From contig CAWAOD010000015.1 in NCBI GenBank assembly GCA_963783575.1, positions 96,001 through 160,000 on the forward strand: a stretch of 64,000 nt of DNA, given 5' to 3'. Below are positions 1-11,117 of this stretch, piece after piece. The stretch's first letter is position 1; the number at the start of each line of letters is the position of its first letter. The notes under the pieces were generated by a model. The model was not told the DNA's origin, searched no databases, and worked only from the letters and a program-made list of their open reading frames with translations. The position numbers were made by a program, and so were the translations under genes. The DNA comes from an uncultured Spirochaetota bacterium. Lineage in GTDB: Bacteria > Spirochaetota > Brevinematia > Brevinematales > JAOACQ01.

Positions 1-753
1 AACTCAAAAATGGCGGCAATGTTCCAGAAAGCTCTTCAAACCGGCGATATTGAAACAATTGAAAAGCTTCTTGCCGGGGTTAAGGGAGAACTGGAAAAAG
101 ATATTTCAAAGGCTTCTACCCCGGAAGAAAGGGCAATTATTGAGCAGAAACAGCAGCAGCAGAATTTTTTAACAAAGATGATCTACAGCGCATATGATGA
201 TAAAGGCGGTGAGAAATCCGGAAAAACGGAAAACCAGGGCAATGGAAGCGAAGAAAAACCGGGAGATAAAAATCTGGATGAGAAGGGAAGCCAAAAAAGC
301 GGGCCTTTAAATAAAACGGGACAAAAAGACGATTCGCAAAACCCGGGAGAAAACCAATCACAGCAGGAAGGCGGTAATTCAACCGGAAAAGAAGAGCCTG
401 ATCAGTCAGGCACGGATACCGGCGGCAGGCCCGGCGGCGGAGATTACGGTGAAGGTTTGAAAGCTGGTACGGGCACCGGTAACAATAAACCGGGCTTTAA
501 GGATGAAAAAGACAATACAAAACGGGGAAAATTAATGCTGGGCAAGCGTGAAGGAAGTCCGGTAATGGAATATATAAATCCCGGTAATGGCTCCGCAATT
601 CCTTTATCAAAAATCCTGCCTGATGCTAAAAAATCTGCTGAAACGGCAATGAGCCGTGATGATATCCCCGGCGAGTATGAGGATTTTGTGGGATCATATT
701 TTATGGAATTAACAAAAGAGATGTCCGATACATCGAAGGAGGGAAAAAAATGA
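1..753 (+). CDS. C-terminal part of a hypothetical protein (coiled-coil plus Gly/Gln/Lys-rich low-complexity region) preceding MoxR; probably 5'-truncated by the window
   Basis: Frame is open from base 1. The tail '[15 protein letters not shown]' resembles proteins found next to MoxR operons. Stop overlaps the next start (ATGA). Confidence 0.6.
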   Translation, partial: NSKMAAMFQKALQTGDIETIEKLLAGVKGELEKDISKASTPEERAIIEQKQQQQNFLTKMIYSAYDDKGGEKSGKTENQGNGSEEKPGDKNLDEKGSQKSGPLNKTGQKDDSQNPGENQSQQEGGNSTGKEEPDQSGTDTGGRPGGGDYGEGLKAGTGTGNNKPGFKDEKDNTKRGKLMLGKREGSPVMEYINPGNGSAIPLSKILPDAKKSAETAMSRDDIPGEYEDFVGSYFMELTKEMSDTSKEGKK

Positions 754-1784
754 TCGAACAAAGTAAAGAATCAAAGGAATACCTGGATAAAGTCAGGGAA
801 AACCTGGAAAAATTCAAACTGGTTCGTGAACAGATTGAAAAAGTTATTGTAGGGCAGAGGGAGATCATCGATCTGACGCTTGTTGCATTTCTATGCGAGG
901 GGCATTTATTGCTGGAAGGCGTTCCCGGGCTTGGTAAGACAATTCTTGTTAAGACTCTTGCCGATTCTCTGAATCTCCAGTTTTCACGAATACAGTTTAC
1001 GCCTGATCTTATGCCCGCCGATGTTACTGGAACCGGAATTGCTGCGCAGAATAAGCGCGGTGATTTTGACCTTAAATTTGAGAAAGGCCCTGTTTTTGCG
1101 AACCTGATTCTGGCCGATGAAATAAACCGGGCTTCTCCTAAAACCCAATCCTCCCTGCTTGAGGCCATGCAGGAGAAAACGGTAACCGTGAGGGGCGAAA
1201 AGCATTTATTGCCCGATCCGTTCATGGTGCTCGCAACACAGAACCCGCTTGAAATGGAAGGTACATATCCACTCCCGGAAGCTCAGCTTGACAGGTTCTT
1301 CTTCAAACTGCTCATACATCACCCGTCCGAAAAAGAGCTTATGGAGATTATGGAAAGAACTGTGGGAACCGAAAGTCCTCATGCTCATCCTGTAATGGAA
1401 AAAGATGATATTATGACCCTGCAGAAATCAGTAAGAGAGGTAGTTGCTCCGGCTCTTGTTATAAATTACGCCGCAAGAATGGTTCTGGCAACTCAGCCCG
1501 AAAACGAATACGCCGGTGAAAAGGTTAAAAAATATATCCGTTATGGCGCCGGTCCCCGCGGTGTTCAGGCGCTTATTCTTGCATCAAAGGCGCAGGCGCT
1601 TATTAAGGGACGATTCAATATAAGCATCGATGATATACAAAATCTGGCATACCCCTCACTGAGACACAGGATTGCCTTGAACTTTGACGGCCAGAGTGAA
1701 GGAATTGGAATTGATGAAATATTAAACGATGTTATAATGAACCTCCCTGTGGAAGTTAAAATACAGGAATTTTTGAAAGTTTAA
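750..1784 (+). CDS. moxR: MoxR-family AAA+ ATPase
   Basis: Walker [21 protein letters not shown], Walker [31 protein letters not shown]. Confidence 0.95.
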   Translation: MIEQSKESKEYLDKVRENLEKFKLVREQIEKVIVGQREIIDLTLVAFLCEGHLLLEGVPGLGKTILVKTLADSLNLQFSRIQFTPDLMPADVTGTGIAAQNKRGDFDLKFEKGPVFANLILADEINRASPKTQSSLLEAMQEKTVTVRGEKHLLPDPFMVLATQNPLEMEGTYPLPEAQLDRFFFKLLIHHPSEKELMEIMERTVGTESPHAHPVMEKDDIMTLQKSVREVVAPALVINYAARMVLATQPENEYAGEKVKKYIRYGAGPRGVQALILASKAQALIKGRFNISIDDIQNLAYPSLRHRIALNFDGQSEGIGIDEILNDVIMNLPVEVKIQEFLKV

Positions 1785-1804
1785 AAGGGTATAAGGATTT
1801 TATA

Positions 1805-2680
1805 ATGGAGAAAATTCTTGACGCGAAAGATCTTGAATTAATAAGGCAATTAAGCATTAACGCAAAGCGGAGAATAGTGGGGCTGGCAACCGGTGAACAG
1901 AGAAGCCTTGTACGCGGAAGCGGCATTGAATTCGCCGATTACAGGGAGTACCAGCCGGGCGATGACATCCGGCAGGTCGACTGGGCGGTATTTCTTCGAT
2001 TGCGAAGGCTTCTTGTAAAACTTTGCGCCGAGGAGAAAGAGCTTACCCTGATGATACTTCTCGACACCAGCCGTTCCATGTGCTTCGGACAGCCCGAAAA
2101 GTTTGTCCAGGCCAGGAAGATTGCCGCGATTCTGGCAGGCATAGCGCTTTACGAGGGAAACCGGGCAGGAATTCTCACAATGGGCCGGAACCTTTTAGAA
2201 ATTGTGAGGCCGGAAAGGAGCAGGACATCGCTTGCGAGGATAGTCAATTCCATTTCATCCGTAATCCCTCAGGAAAAAGTTCATGCGGTTGAATGCCTGC
2301 GTCAGTTCGCGGCAAAATACAGCCATAAATGCCTTACGGTTCTGATATCCGATCTCCTGTTTACCGAGTGGTCCAATGTCATTTCGGGGCTTTCCGCAAG
2401 CGGATGTGAAGGATATGTACTGCACATTCTTGCGCCCGAGGAACTTGACCCGCCGTATCTCGGCGAAGTAACGCTGGTTGATGTTGAAAGTATGGAAGAA
2501 GTCCCTCTGCATATCCAGGAAGAAGGAAATACGCTTTACAGGGCAGAACTTGAAACATATCTTAAGGATGTCGGCTATGAATGCAGAAGGCGGAGGCTTG
2601 GATACAGTCTAATTCAAACCGGTGTTCCTATCGACCGCCTGTTTCAACATGATCTTAGAAAGGAAGGATTATTATGCTGA
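1805..2680 (+). CDS. DUF58 domain protein (MoxR-associated, VWA-like)
   Basis: GSGIEFADYREYQPGDDIRQVDW, LLDTSRSM and ISD motifs; directly after moxR. Confidence 0.92.
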   Translation: MEKILDAKDLELIRQLSINAKRRIVGLATGEQRSLVRGSGIEFADYREYQPGDDIRQVDWAVFLRLRRLLVKLCAEEKELTLMILLDTSRSMCFGQPEKFVQARKIAAILAGIALYEGNRAGILTMGRNLLEIVRPERSRTSLARIVNSISSVIPQEKVHAVECLRQFAAKYSHKCLTVLISDLLFTEWSNVISGLSASGCEGYVLHILAPEELDPPYLGEVTLVDVESMEEVPLHIQEEGNTLYRAELETYLKDVGYECRRRRLGYSLIQTGVPIDRLFQHDLRKEGLLC

Positions 2681-4575
2681 ACTGGGCATTTCCAGGAGCC
2701 TTATGGCTGCTTTTATCCGTTATTCCGATTGCGCTGTTCTATTTTTTAAGGATGCGCTTCAAAAGACAGCCTGTATCATCGATTTACATCTGGAGCAGGC
2801 TGAGAAAAGATAATCAGACCGGAAGCAGGCTGCGCTTAAGATCAATACTGCTGCTTTTGCTTCAGGTATTAACTGCGGTGACAATCGCAGCAACGGTTGC
2901 TCAGCCTTTCTGGGAAGGCTTGAAGCCTCAAATACCGGGAGAGTTATTTTTAATTGACGCATCAGCCAGTATGTCTGCTGCTGATATAATGACTAAATCC
3001 GGAGTCAGTATAAGCAGATGGGATTCAGCTTGCAAAATCCTTGAAGATGAACTGAAAAATCTTCCCGGGGGAACCGAAATAGCCTTATTCATATGCTCAT
3101 CTGACGCGGAAAAGATCGCCGGACCGACAATGAATCATGCCTCAGTAATAAAAAATATTCTGACACGAAAACCTTCCGGTTCGGGATTTAAGGAAACTGA
3201 AGTTGCGAAAAGTCTTGAAGCCTGGCTGACAGCACAAAACCGCACTTGGAATGCCTGCCTGATCTCCGACGGAGGGCTTGATCTTGGGGGTGAAAAGCTG
3301 TCATTATTATTTAACGGTAATTTTAAATATATCCCTGTAGGATCAAAAGGTGATGACCTTGGATTAACAGGTTTGCGTTTTCAAAATGACGGCACTGTAA
3401 TTTTTACTGCGTATAACGGTTATTCTACCGGAAAGACCGCGGAAATCGCTCTGGAAAGGGAAGGAATTCCATTTTACACTATGACTGCCGGGATACAACC
3501 GGGGAAAAGAAATTTTTCAATTCAGATCCCCGGGGATATAAAAAACGGTGTTTATACTGTGCGTCTGATTGGCGCAAATGACAATTTCCCCCAGGACGAC
3601 AATTATACTTATGTTAAGAATCCGGAATACCCGGTTCAGGTTCTTCTTGCAGGGCCCGATAACCCTTTTCTAAATGCAGCTTTAAACCATAAAGAAATTA
3701 AATTAACGCATATTAAAGATTTCACTTATGAAAATTCAGACCCAAAAAGCTGGGATCTTACGATAGCGGACCGTACGGCAATACCTGTAAAATGGAACGG
3801 CAATCTCCTCTGTTTCAATGTATTGCCTAAAGGCGCCCCGGTTTATTTCAATGTGCAGGTTGAAGGATATGCAGTTCCTGAAAATTCAACTCACCCTCTG
3901 CTGCGCTTCGCGGATATAGGCAACTGGTATATCGCATCCGGGAATTCTTTTAAGGCTGGCCAGGACATCCAGGTATTGGCAAGAGTGGGAGGAAAACCAG
4001 TCCTGGCCGTCTGGGAAACCAACGGAAGCCATATAGCTGTGATCGGAACAGATCTTACCGAATCTGATATCGGGCTGTCTGCCGGGTTTCCGGTTTTTCT
4101 TCAGAATATATTGAAATGGTGCGTTCCGCAGTTTGGCAATGATCTTACATATACAATGACTGCGGGAGATATTCTTTTTTTAAAAGCAGGTCCCGGATGG
4201 AAAATTAAAAATACAGATATTTCAGGTTTCAATGTAGACCGTAACGGTTCAATGATGATTTTCAAACCTCGTAATTCCGGTATATTTTCATGGGAAGACG
4301 GGGAAAGAAAAGGCTCCATAGCTGTAAATATTCCGTCTGGTGAAATGGATCTCACACCGAGGTCAGTACAGGCTTTAATTTCAGGCAGCCGGACAGTTTC
4401 AAAAAATGTTGAACAAAAAGTACCGCTTTCCGGATGGATTATATCGGTATTATTAGTTCTTTTAATCACAGAATGGTTTATCTGGCGGGGTTTTATACGG
4501 TTCAAAACCGTGTCAAAAAGCCAGCCCAGTGCCCGGCTAGGGGATATTCAATTTAAACCGCTTAAAAAGAGGTAG
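2674..4575 (+). CDS. BatA-type N-terminal domain / VWA membrane protein
   Basis: N-terminal TM segment with 'PVSSIYIW...LLLLQ', MIDAS motif IDASASM, C-terminal TM 'LLITEWFIWRG'. Confidence 0.85.
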   Translation: MLNWAFPGALWLLLSVIPIALFYFLRMRFKRQPVSSIYIWSRLRKDNQTGSRLRLRSILLLLLQVLTAVTIAATVAQPFWEGLKPQIPGELFLIDASASMSAADIMTKSGVSISRWDSACKILEDELKNLPGGTEIALFICSSDAEKIAGPTMNHASVIKNILTRKPSGSGFKETEVAKSLEAWLTAQNRTWNACLISDGGLDLGGEKLSLLFNGNFKYIPVGSKGDDLGLTGLRFQNDGTVIFTAYNGYSTGKTAEIALEREGIPFYTMTAGIQPGKRNFSIQIPGDIKNGVYTVRLIGANDNFPQDDNYTYVKNPEYPVQVLLAGPDNPFLNAALNHKEIKLTHIKDFTYENSDPKSWDLTIADRTAIPVKWNGNLLCFNVLPKGAPVYFNVQVEGYAVPENSTHPLLRFADIGNWYIASGNSFKAGQDIQVLARVGGKPVLAVWETNGSHIAVIGTDLTESDIGLSAGFPVFLQNILKWCVPQFGNDLTYTMTAGDILFLKAGPGWKIKNTDISGFNVDRNGSMMIFKPRNSGIFSWEDGERKGSIAVNIPSGEMDLTPRSVQALISGSRTVSKNVEQKVPLSGWIISVLLVLLITEWFIWRGFIRFKTVSKSQPSARLGDIQFKPLKKR

Positions 4576-4578
4576 TGT

Positions 4579-7407
4579 ATGTGGTTTACCAGCCCAATAT
4601 GGCTTTTAGCTTTACTAATAATCATTCCACTTTTGTTTTCAGGAAATATTTTGATAAAAAAACGCAATAATAAGAGCCTGCTTTACGGAGGGAATTTTTC
4701 AAAGAATTCTGCGGAAATTCAAATTAAAAGGCTGACAATACTCCGCACGGTTGTGATTGTATTAGTTATATTTGCATTAGCCGGAGCTTCCGCCCTTCTG
4801 CCGACAAAAAGCAGGAAAATAGCGTTATTAATAGATGTTTCAGACAGTGTTGGTACGGCGCAGGTTGAAAAAGCCAAGCAGGAACTGCGGAAGAGGATAC
4901 ATGACCTGAATCGTCAGGATAGGGTCACTTTGATAGCATTCGCGGGGCATCCGCGGGTCGTATTTCCTTTTTCAGCGCCGGATGAGGCTTCCCTCCTTCT
5001 TGATTCGGCATCCCTGGAAGCTCCTGATAAATCTGAAACAGATCTGGATAGTGCAATTTTAACCGCATCAGGAATGCTAAGCGGCAGTTTCGGCAATAAA
5101 AGTATTTTTTTATTTTCCGACGGCCGTCCGACGGAAGGCGGTTCGATAGATCAGGCTTTAAGAAAAATTTCCGGGGTACAGATTTATACTATTCCAATTG
5201 GACTGGCCGATGAAGGTATGTTCTCAAAAGCCGTTAAATTGCCTGAAACAGCCCATCTTGGAGAGAAAAGCGAAGCTGTATGGAGTATGGTTTCAACAAC
5301 CGATCAAAAAGTGAGTGTTATTGTAAAAGAGAACGGCAGAATATTACAGAAAAAAAATGTTGAAATAAAAAAGGGATTAAATCGGGTGCCTGTAATTTTC
5401 AATGCCGATAGAACGGGAAACAGGCGCATTGATTTTGAGCTTGCCGATGAAGGAGGCCGTTCTATACCCGGTATGGAGTCTTCCGGCCTGATTAATGTCG
5501 AAGGTAAAGCCTCAATTCTGTTGATCCATGGAAAAATCTTAAACCCGGCTTTACCAGATGCATTGAGATTGCAGAACATCGATGTTCAAATTGAGGATAG
5601 CCGTGGGATTATTGAAGAAACCGGATCATTAAATGCATACTCAGCAGTGGTTCTTGACGATGTACCTGCGGCTTTTCTTTCAGAAAAACAGCAGGAAGTT
5701 TTACGCAGTTATGTTGCCGGGGGAGGAGGGCTTTTTGTAATCGGCGGAAATTCCTCACTCGGAAGGGGAGAATATTTCAATAGTGACCTGGGAGAACTCC
5801 TCCCTGTAAGCACCGACACAAGGCAAAGGTTTATATTTAACAGGGCTGAGATAATTTTTGTTCTTGACCATTCCGGATCAATGTCTGAAAAAGTCGGAAA
5901 TACTACAAAATATGCAGCGACTTTAAGCGGAGTAGCCGCGGCTGTAAAAAAACTTAATCCTAACGACCAGGTAGCCATTATTGCTTTTGACGATCAGGTT
6001 AACTGGGTATTGCCTCTAACTCCAGCCGGAAAACTCAATGAAATCCTGAAGGCGCTTTCTCGTATCGTTCAGGGTGGCGGAACCGATATGGGCAAGGCTT
6101 TTGAATCTGTAATTGGGCTTTTCCCAACTCAGGAACCTGTACTTCGGCATATGATTGTTATAACCGATGGCGAAACAATCGAAGCCGATTTTCAAAGTTT
6201 GAGCAGGAAGCTTCGGGACAGCGGCTTTTCAATAACGACAATCGGTATCGGTAATGAGATTAACGAAACCCTTCTGCAGAATATAGCAGTCTGGGGTAAG
6301 GGCAAATTCTACAAGGTCAGCGCGGAAAAAATTCCACACATTATCGAAAATGAAACCGTTCGAGCCACAAGGGAATTGATCCAGGAGGGAAAATTCACCC
6401 CATCGGTAAAAACACAGGCAGGTTTTATAAGCGGTTTCTACCGGGGCGTGCCTCCTATTAAAGGATATCTGTTAACAAGGCCGAAAAGCCTTGCTACTGT
6501 TTATCTTGAAGCCGGAGACGACGATCCTCTCCTGGCTTCCTGGCGCTACGGCAACGGTAAAACTGCAGTATTTACAGCGGATTCAGGTTCCAGATGGCTT
6601 TCCGGGTGGCTGGGGAAGGAATATTATAATTACTTATTCAGTCAGACAATCCGGTATATTGAACGGGGAACTTCGGATAAAGGCCTTAGAGTATCGGCAA
6701 CAGTTGAAGCATCGACCGCTCATCTTGTTGTAAACGCAATTGATAAGGACAGACGCCTGCGTACAGGCCTGCAATTAACCGGCCGTTCTTCAGAAGGAGC
6801 AGGATATGTTTTTCTTTTTAATGAAACGGCTCCCGGAAGGTATGAAGCGGATGTCCCGGTAACAAACACAGGTTTATACGTTTTTGATATACATGAAAAC
6901 GGCGGTGAAAAATGGACCACAGGCTGGGTATGGAACCCCTATGGAAAAGAATTCGGTTCAACAGGCCCTGATCTTCCGTCACTTTCCAGAATTTCTTCGC
7001 AAACTGGCGGAAAAACCCTGTCTCTCAAGCGAATAATTTTTCCCGCTGCCGGATGGGGTTTTGAACCGGCATCACTGCAAAACATTTTATTGATCCTGGC
7101 TCTCATTTCATTTGTGATAGAGCTGTTTTTGAGAAGTACTTCTATGAACCAGATAAAAATGGCAAAGGCAGTAATCTCGGTCTGGTGGTCAATTAAAGCT
7201 GCAATTATACATAAGGCTTATACCGTTAGTGAAATGAGTGAAGGCGAGAGGGCAAAACTAGGTAAAACGATAGAACTGGAAAGAGAGCAGGCCGAATTGA
7301 AGAAAACCAGGGAGGCTTTCAGGTATCTTGCGCAGCGATCTCATAGCGTACAGCGATCACAAAATACAAAAAGTCCACAAGACAATACTATATCTCAAGA
7401 CAAATAA
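4579..7407 (+). CDS. Membrane protein with two VWA domains and a glutamine-amidotransferase-like domain
   Basis: MIDAS motifs DVSDS and DHSGSM; 'YVAGGGGLFVIGG' and 'DPLLASWRYGNGK'; TM segments at both ends. Confidence 0.85.
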   Translation: MWFTSPIWLLALLIIIPLLFSGNILIKKRNNKSLLYGGNFSKNSAEIQIKRLTILRTVVIVLVIFALAGASALLPTKSRKIALLIDVSDSVGTAQVEKAKQELRKRIHDLNRQDRVTLIAFAGHPRVVFPFSAPDEASLLLDSASLEAPDKSETDLDSAILTASGMLSGSFGNKSIFLFSDGRPTEGGSIDQALRKISGVQIYTIPIGLADEGMFSKAVKLPETAHLGEKSEAVWSMVSTTDQKVSVIVKENGRILQKKNVEIKKGLNRVPVIFNADRTGNRRIDFELADEGGRSIPGMESSGLINVEGKASILLIHGKILNPALPDALRLQNIDVQIEDSRGIIEETGSLNAYSAVVLDDVPAAFLSEKQQEVLRSYVAGGGGLFVIGGNSSLGRGEYFNSDLGELLPVSTDTRQRFIFNRAEIIFVLDHSGSMSEKVGNTTKYAATLSGVAAAVKKLNPNDQVAIIAFDDQVNWVLPLTPAGKLNEILKALSRIVQGGGTDMGKAFESVIGLFPTQEPVLRHMIVITDGETIEADFQSLSRKLRDSGFSITTIGIGNEINETLLQNIAVWGKGKFYKVSAEKIPHIIENETVRATRELIQEGKFTPSVKTQAGFISGFYRGVPPIKGYLLTRPKSLATVYLEAGDDDPLLASWRYGNGKTAVFTADSGSRWLSGWLGKEYYNYLFSQTIRYIERGTSDKGLRVSATVEASTAHLVVNAIDKDRRLRTGLQLTGRSSEGAGYVFLFNETAPGRYEADVPVTNTGLYVFDIHENGGEKWTTGWVWNPYGKEFGSTGPDLPSLSRISSQTGGKTLSLKRIIFPAAGWGFEPASLQNILLILALISFVIELFLRSTSMNQIKMAKAVISVWWSIKAAIIHKAYTVSEMSEGERAKLGKTIELEREQAELKKTREAFRYLAQRSHSVQRSQNTKSPQDNTISQDK

Positions 7408-9466
7408 AACAGATATCATCGTCGAATGAATCTGTGCCTTTATATTCGACAAGAGCCCGGTAGAGCGAAATGATAAAGCGTTTCGGTTTCTGCGGCAAAA
7501 TATTCATCATGATTTCAAGAAGTCCGTTATGCTCAAAATCAGTATCGGGGTTTTTCGGGCTAGCGGCTTCGGTCAGTCCATCGGTATAAAATATCAGCTT
7601 TGTTCCCTTTTCAAGGCTGGCTTCTTCATTTTGATAGGGTTTATTGCACCGCTGAAGTTCATTGTTATCAAGGACTCCTAGCGGAAGGCCGCGTTTATCG
7701 CATTTCAAAGCGGTAAGATATTCCTGGGTTATAATATAGGGTGAATTATGCCCGGCAATACAGTAGGCAATCGTATCCGTTTCAGGATCAAAAATCCCAT
7801 AAAAAGCAGTAATAAAATTACCGGCTGTATTATCTATTAGGACTGAATTCAGGTAGTTCATAAACACCGCAGGATCATCCTTGCTATTGTCGGGCTGAAG
7901 AATTGCGCTTTTTATCATTGAAGTAATGAATGCGGCAGGTACTCCATGCCCCGAAACATCGCTTAAAAATATCCCGATTTTTCTTGAGTTCCTGAATTTG
8001 ATAAAATCATAAAAATCACCCCCTACTTTCTGCATCGGCTTATAAAAACCGGCAATGTTCGGAGTCGGAAATGAAGTTGGTATCATCTGCAGTTGTATCC
8101 GGCGTGCAATATCAAGCTCTTCCATCATAATCCTGTTCTGTTGTTCAAGTTTTGCTTTTTCATGCCGTAATTCTATAGTTCTGTTCTCTACTATTTTTTC
8201 GAGATCACGGGTCATTATCTCAATTTCTTCAAAGGCTTTTGCGGAACGTATGGATATTACAATCGATTCGCTGAAAATAAAAAATATAAGGAATATCTGC
8301 GAAAGAAAACCTGTATTTATAAGTTTTAAGCCGTATAAAATATCATTGGCCGCCCCAAAAACAAAGAAAATACCTCCTCCCAAAATAAGAAGGACAAACC
8401 TTCTTTTATGGATAAATGCTAATGTTATTCCGATTAGAGAAATGATTATCCCCGAAACAGTTACAATATGGTAAATATTCAATGAATATACATAAATGGA
8501 TTGCGGGAAAATCAGAACGATAAGTGAAAAAATTACGGCAATTGTTAAATAAATCCGCGCCATTAGTTCCGGATATTCCTCCGGGTAGAATGTATGTAAA
8601 AAAAATAAAAAAACAGGCACAAAAAAATAATAGTTAACAAACCACAATTTCAGATAGGCATCCATATTAAATCCGGGAAAAATGAAAAACCAGAATTTTG
8701 ATCCTTCAAAAGCAGTTTTCAGAGCGAACAAAAAGCAGAAAATCGCGAAAAATATATGGAAACGGTCCTTCCTTCTAAGAAGAAAATAAGCAAGATGATA
8801 AAACCCTGTTATGAAAAAAACTCCGAATAAGAGCAGATCGATTGCGAGATCGGATTCTTTCATTGAATTAATTGCCTTTTGTGTTCCGAATGTTATTTTT
8901 CGGCATATACCGCCCGTCCAGTCCTCAAAGTTGCATGCGGGAATAAAAATGTCAATAATACCCCGCGAGGTCTGGAAATAAACAGTCCTGGGCAGATAAT
9001 CCTTGCGGTACGATTGGGGATCTGATGAAATTTTGCCGCCCTCAGCAAAAAGACTGCCGTTTATCCAGAGTTCATATGCGGAATTTATTTCTTCCAGTTT
9101 AAGGCCGAAGAACATGTTTGTTTCAGGAATTAATATTTTAAGCTGATATGTTCCATACCCCGCAGGACTTAGTTTTTCATTTCCAATAATCTGGCCGTTC
9201 CATGCTTTCGGGACCCGAATATAACCTGTAGGTTCAGGGAAATTGGTACCTTGGCCGGTTGGCCGTAAGAATATATTCCGGTAATAACCCCATTTACCCT
9301 GCAATTCAATAGACGGATTTCTATCAAAATCCCAGTTTCTGAGATCAATAACACCTCTAAAAGCTTCCGGGTTACGGATATTTTTATTATACGAAGAACA
9401 ACCGGTAAATGAAAGAAAAATCGCATAGCAAATAATTAATAATTTTCCATTTATAATATTCCTCAA
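7388..9466 (-). CDS. 7TM-DISM sensor with SpoIIE/PP2C phosphatase output
   Basis: Extracellular beta-domain (LQGKWGYY, GYGTYQL), seven TM helices, coiled coil, VGGDFYD, DVSGHGVPAA, YTDGLTEA, DDIC. Confidence 0.88.
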   Translation of the reverse strand: MRNIINGKLLIICYAIFLSFTGCSSYNKNIRNPEAFRGVIDLRNWDFDRNPSIELQGKWGYYRNIFLRPTGQGTNFPEPTGYIRVPKAWNGQIIGNEKLSPAGYGTYQLKILIPETNMFFGLKLEEINSAYELWINGSLFAEGGKISSDPQSYRKDYLPRTVYFQTSRGIIDIFIPACNFEDWTGGICRKITFGTQKAINSMKESDLAIDLLLFGVFFITGFYHLAYFLLRRKDRFHIFFAIFCFLFALKTAFEGSKFWFFIFPGFNMDAYLKLWFVNYYFFVPVFLFFLHTFYPEEYPELMARIYLTIAVIFSLIVLIFPQSIYVYSLNIYHIVTVSGIIISLIGITLAFIHKRRFVLLILGGGIFFVFGAANDILYGLKLINTGFLSQIFLIFFIFSESIVISIRSAKAFEEIEIMTRDLEKIVENRTIELRHEKAKLEQQNRIMMEELDIARRIQLQMIPTSFPTPNIAGFYKPMQKVGGDFYDFIKFRNSRKIGIFLSDVSGHGVPAAFITSMIKSAILQPDNSKDDPAVFMNYLNSVLIDNTAGNFITAFYGIFDPETDTIAYCIAGHNSPYIITQEYLTALKCDKRGLPLGVLDNNELQRCNKPYQNEEASLEKGTKLIFYTDGLTEAASPKNPDTDFEHNGLLEIMMNILPQKPKRFIISLYRALVEYKGTDSFDDDICFICLEI

Positions 9467-9724
9467 AATCAGCTCCTGATTATAGAAAAATAAATTAAAA
9501 TTTTGAAATTATCAATTGATTAATACTGCTTTTAAAAGAAAGATTATACATTCAATATGTTATATTCCTTCTTTATTATAAAATAATTGCTGAGTATGTC
9601 AATTAAAATTTCTTTATTGTCAGATATTAATATTATTATTTTTCAATATTAACCAATAAAAAATGAACTAAATAAACATTATATGAAGAGAAAAATTGAA
9701 ACGCAATTGAATGATCGGCTTATT

Positions 9725-10186
9725 TTATTGAATATAAATCTTATTCATTATAACCGGAGTAAGGGGCTTGTCCCTGCCATCCTTTTTAACTTTACCGATC
9801 GACTGGATAATATCATAACCTTCCGTTACTTTGCCGAAGATCGAATGATGGTTGTCAAGCCAGGGAGTCGGGGCAAGTGTGATAAAAAACTGCGAACCTC
9901 CGGTATCAGGCCCGGCATTAGCCATTGAGAGGATACCGGGTTTGTCATGCTTTAATTTGGGATTGAGTTCATCCTTAATATTATAACCAGGCCCGCCAGT
10001 TCCGTTTCCTTTTGGGTCTCCTCCCTGGATCATAAAACCATCTATCACACGGTGGAAAATCAATCCGTTGTAAAAACCTTTATTTACAAGGTCAATAAAA
10101 TTTCCGGCAGTTATGGGCGCAATATCTTCAAAAAGCTCGATCTTAAAAGTTCCCATTGTAGTTTCAAAAACAGCTGTTCGGTTCAT
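9725..10186 (-). CDS. Cyclophilin-type peptidyl-prolyl cis-trans isomerase
   Basis: FHRVIDGFMIQGGDP, LSMANAGPDTGGSQFFIT. Confidence 0.96.
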   Translation of the reverse strand: MNRTAVFETTMGTFKIELFEDIAPITAGNFIDLVNKGFYNGLIFHRVIDGFMIQGGDPKGNGTGGPGYNIKDELNPKLKHDKPGILSMANAGPDTGGSQFFITLAPTPWLDNHHSIFGKVTEGYDIIQSIGKVKKDGRDKPLTPVIMNKIYIQ

Positions 10187-10269
10187 AGGCGTGATCTCCT
10201 TTTTTTATCTTTATCGCCCATAATTATCTATTTGAATTTAATTTAAGTCAATATTGGCCGGTGATAATT

Positions 10270-11106
10270 TTATTTGTGATTTGTTATCATTTCAAGATAA
10301 GCTACCTCGCCCATAAAGTTCTTGATTTTTACAACAATCCCGGAGTTTTCATCAATCCAGATGTATGTATCTTTAGTTATGTTTTCCAGGAGCCTTCCTA
10401 TAAAAGGGTCCGCTACACTCATTCCGCATTTGACGGTATTGAACTTTCCGGCTTTTGTTTCTATAACTTCTTTTGATAAAAATTTTGCATATGCAGGGAT
10501 CGGTTCTTTAAGCATTTGTGGTTCAATTGCCAAAAAAACACCCTTTGAATGAATATCAAGAAAACGGATTCCGACGAATATAATTGCATTCATTGTCCAG
10601 AATGGGATATTCTCAAGTTTTGGATTAATTCTTATTCTGCTTTTCCTGGTTTTTTCCGAATACCCGTCCCAGATTTTCGCAGTATATTCCATTTCCATGG
10701 ATTTTGGAATATACTTGAATTCCTGATGAAACGGCCAGTTACGGAATTTATCTTTTTGACCGGAAAAATCCCTTACTTCTTCAACAAGAGAAGCCTTATC
10801 AATGGAAACCAGGTAATATCCGTCATATTTTTTGTAGTCTTCGGGAAGCTGGCGGGTATGATTGCTGTCCTGAATGAATTCATAAACACGTACGGCATCA
10901 CCCCAGACCGGATTATTTTCAAGTTTGGCGACGCTATAAAGATCGTAGCTTTTTTCCCCATTTATATAGCCGGTATATTGAAGCATTTCACCGTCCTTTA
11001 AGGTCAGCCTGCAGGTTTTAATCGGAACCATTGCCGGCTTATTTCCCATTCCAAAAGCGTTTAAGAATATCAAAATCAAAAATATTGTAATTATTGTTCC
11101 TTTCAT
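10270..11106 (-). CDS. Secreted hypothetical protein (DUF3108-like C-terminus)
   Basis: Signal peptide; 'KEVIETKAGKFNTVKC...YIWIDENSGIVVKI'; about 11 bp downstream of the bactofilin gene. Confidence 0.55.
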   Translation of the reverse strand: MKGTIITIFLILIFLNAFGMGNKPAMVPIKTCRLTLKDGEMLQYTGYINGEKSYDLYSVAKLENNPVWGDAVRVYEFIQDSNHTRQLPEDYKKYDGYYLVSIDKASLVEEVRDFSGQKDKFRNWPFHQEFKYIPKSMEMEYTAKIWDGYSEKTRKSRIRINPKLENIPFWTMNAIIFVGIRFLDIHSKGVFLAIEPQMLKEPIPAYAKFLSKEVIETKAGKFNTVKCGMSVADPFIGRLLENITKDTYIWIDENSGIVVKIKNFMGEVAYLEMITNHK

Positions 11107-11117
11107 TTTAGCCTCTA

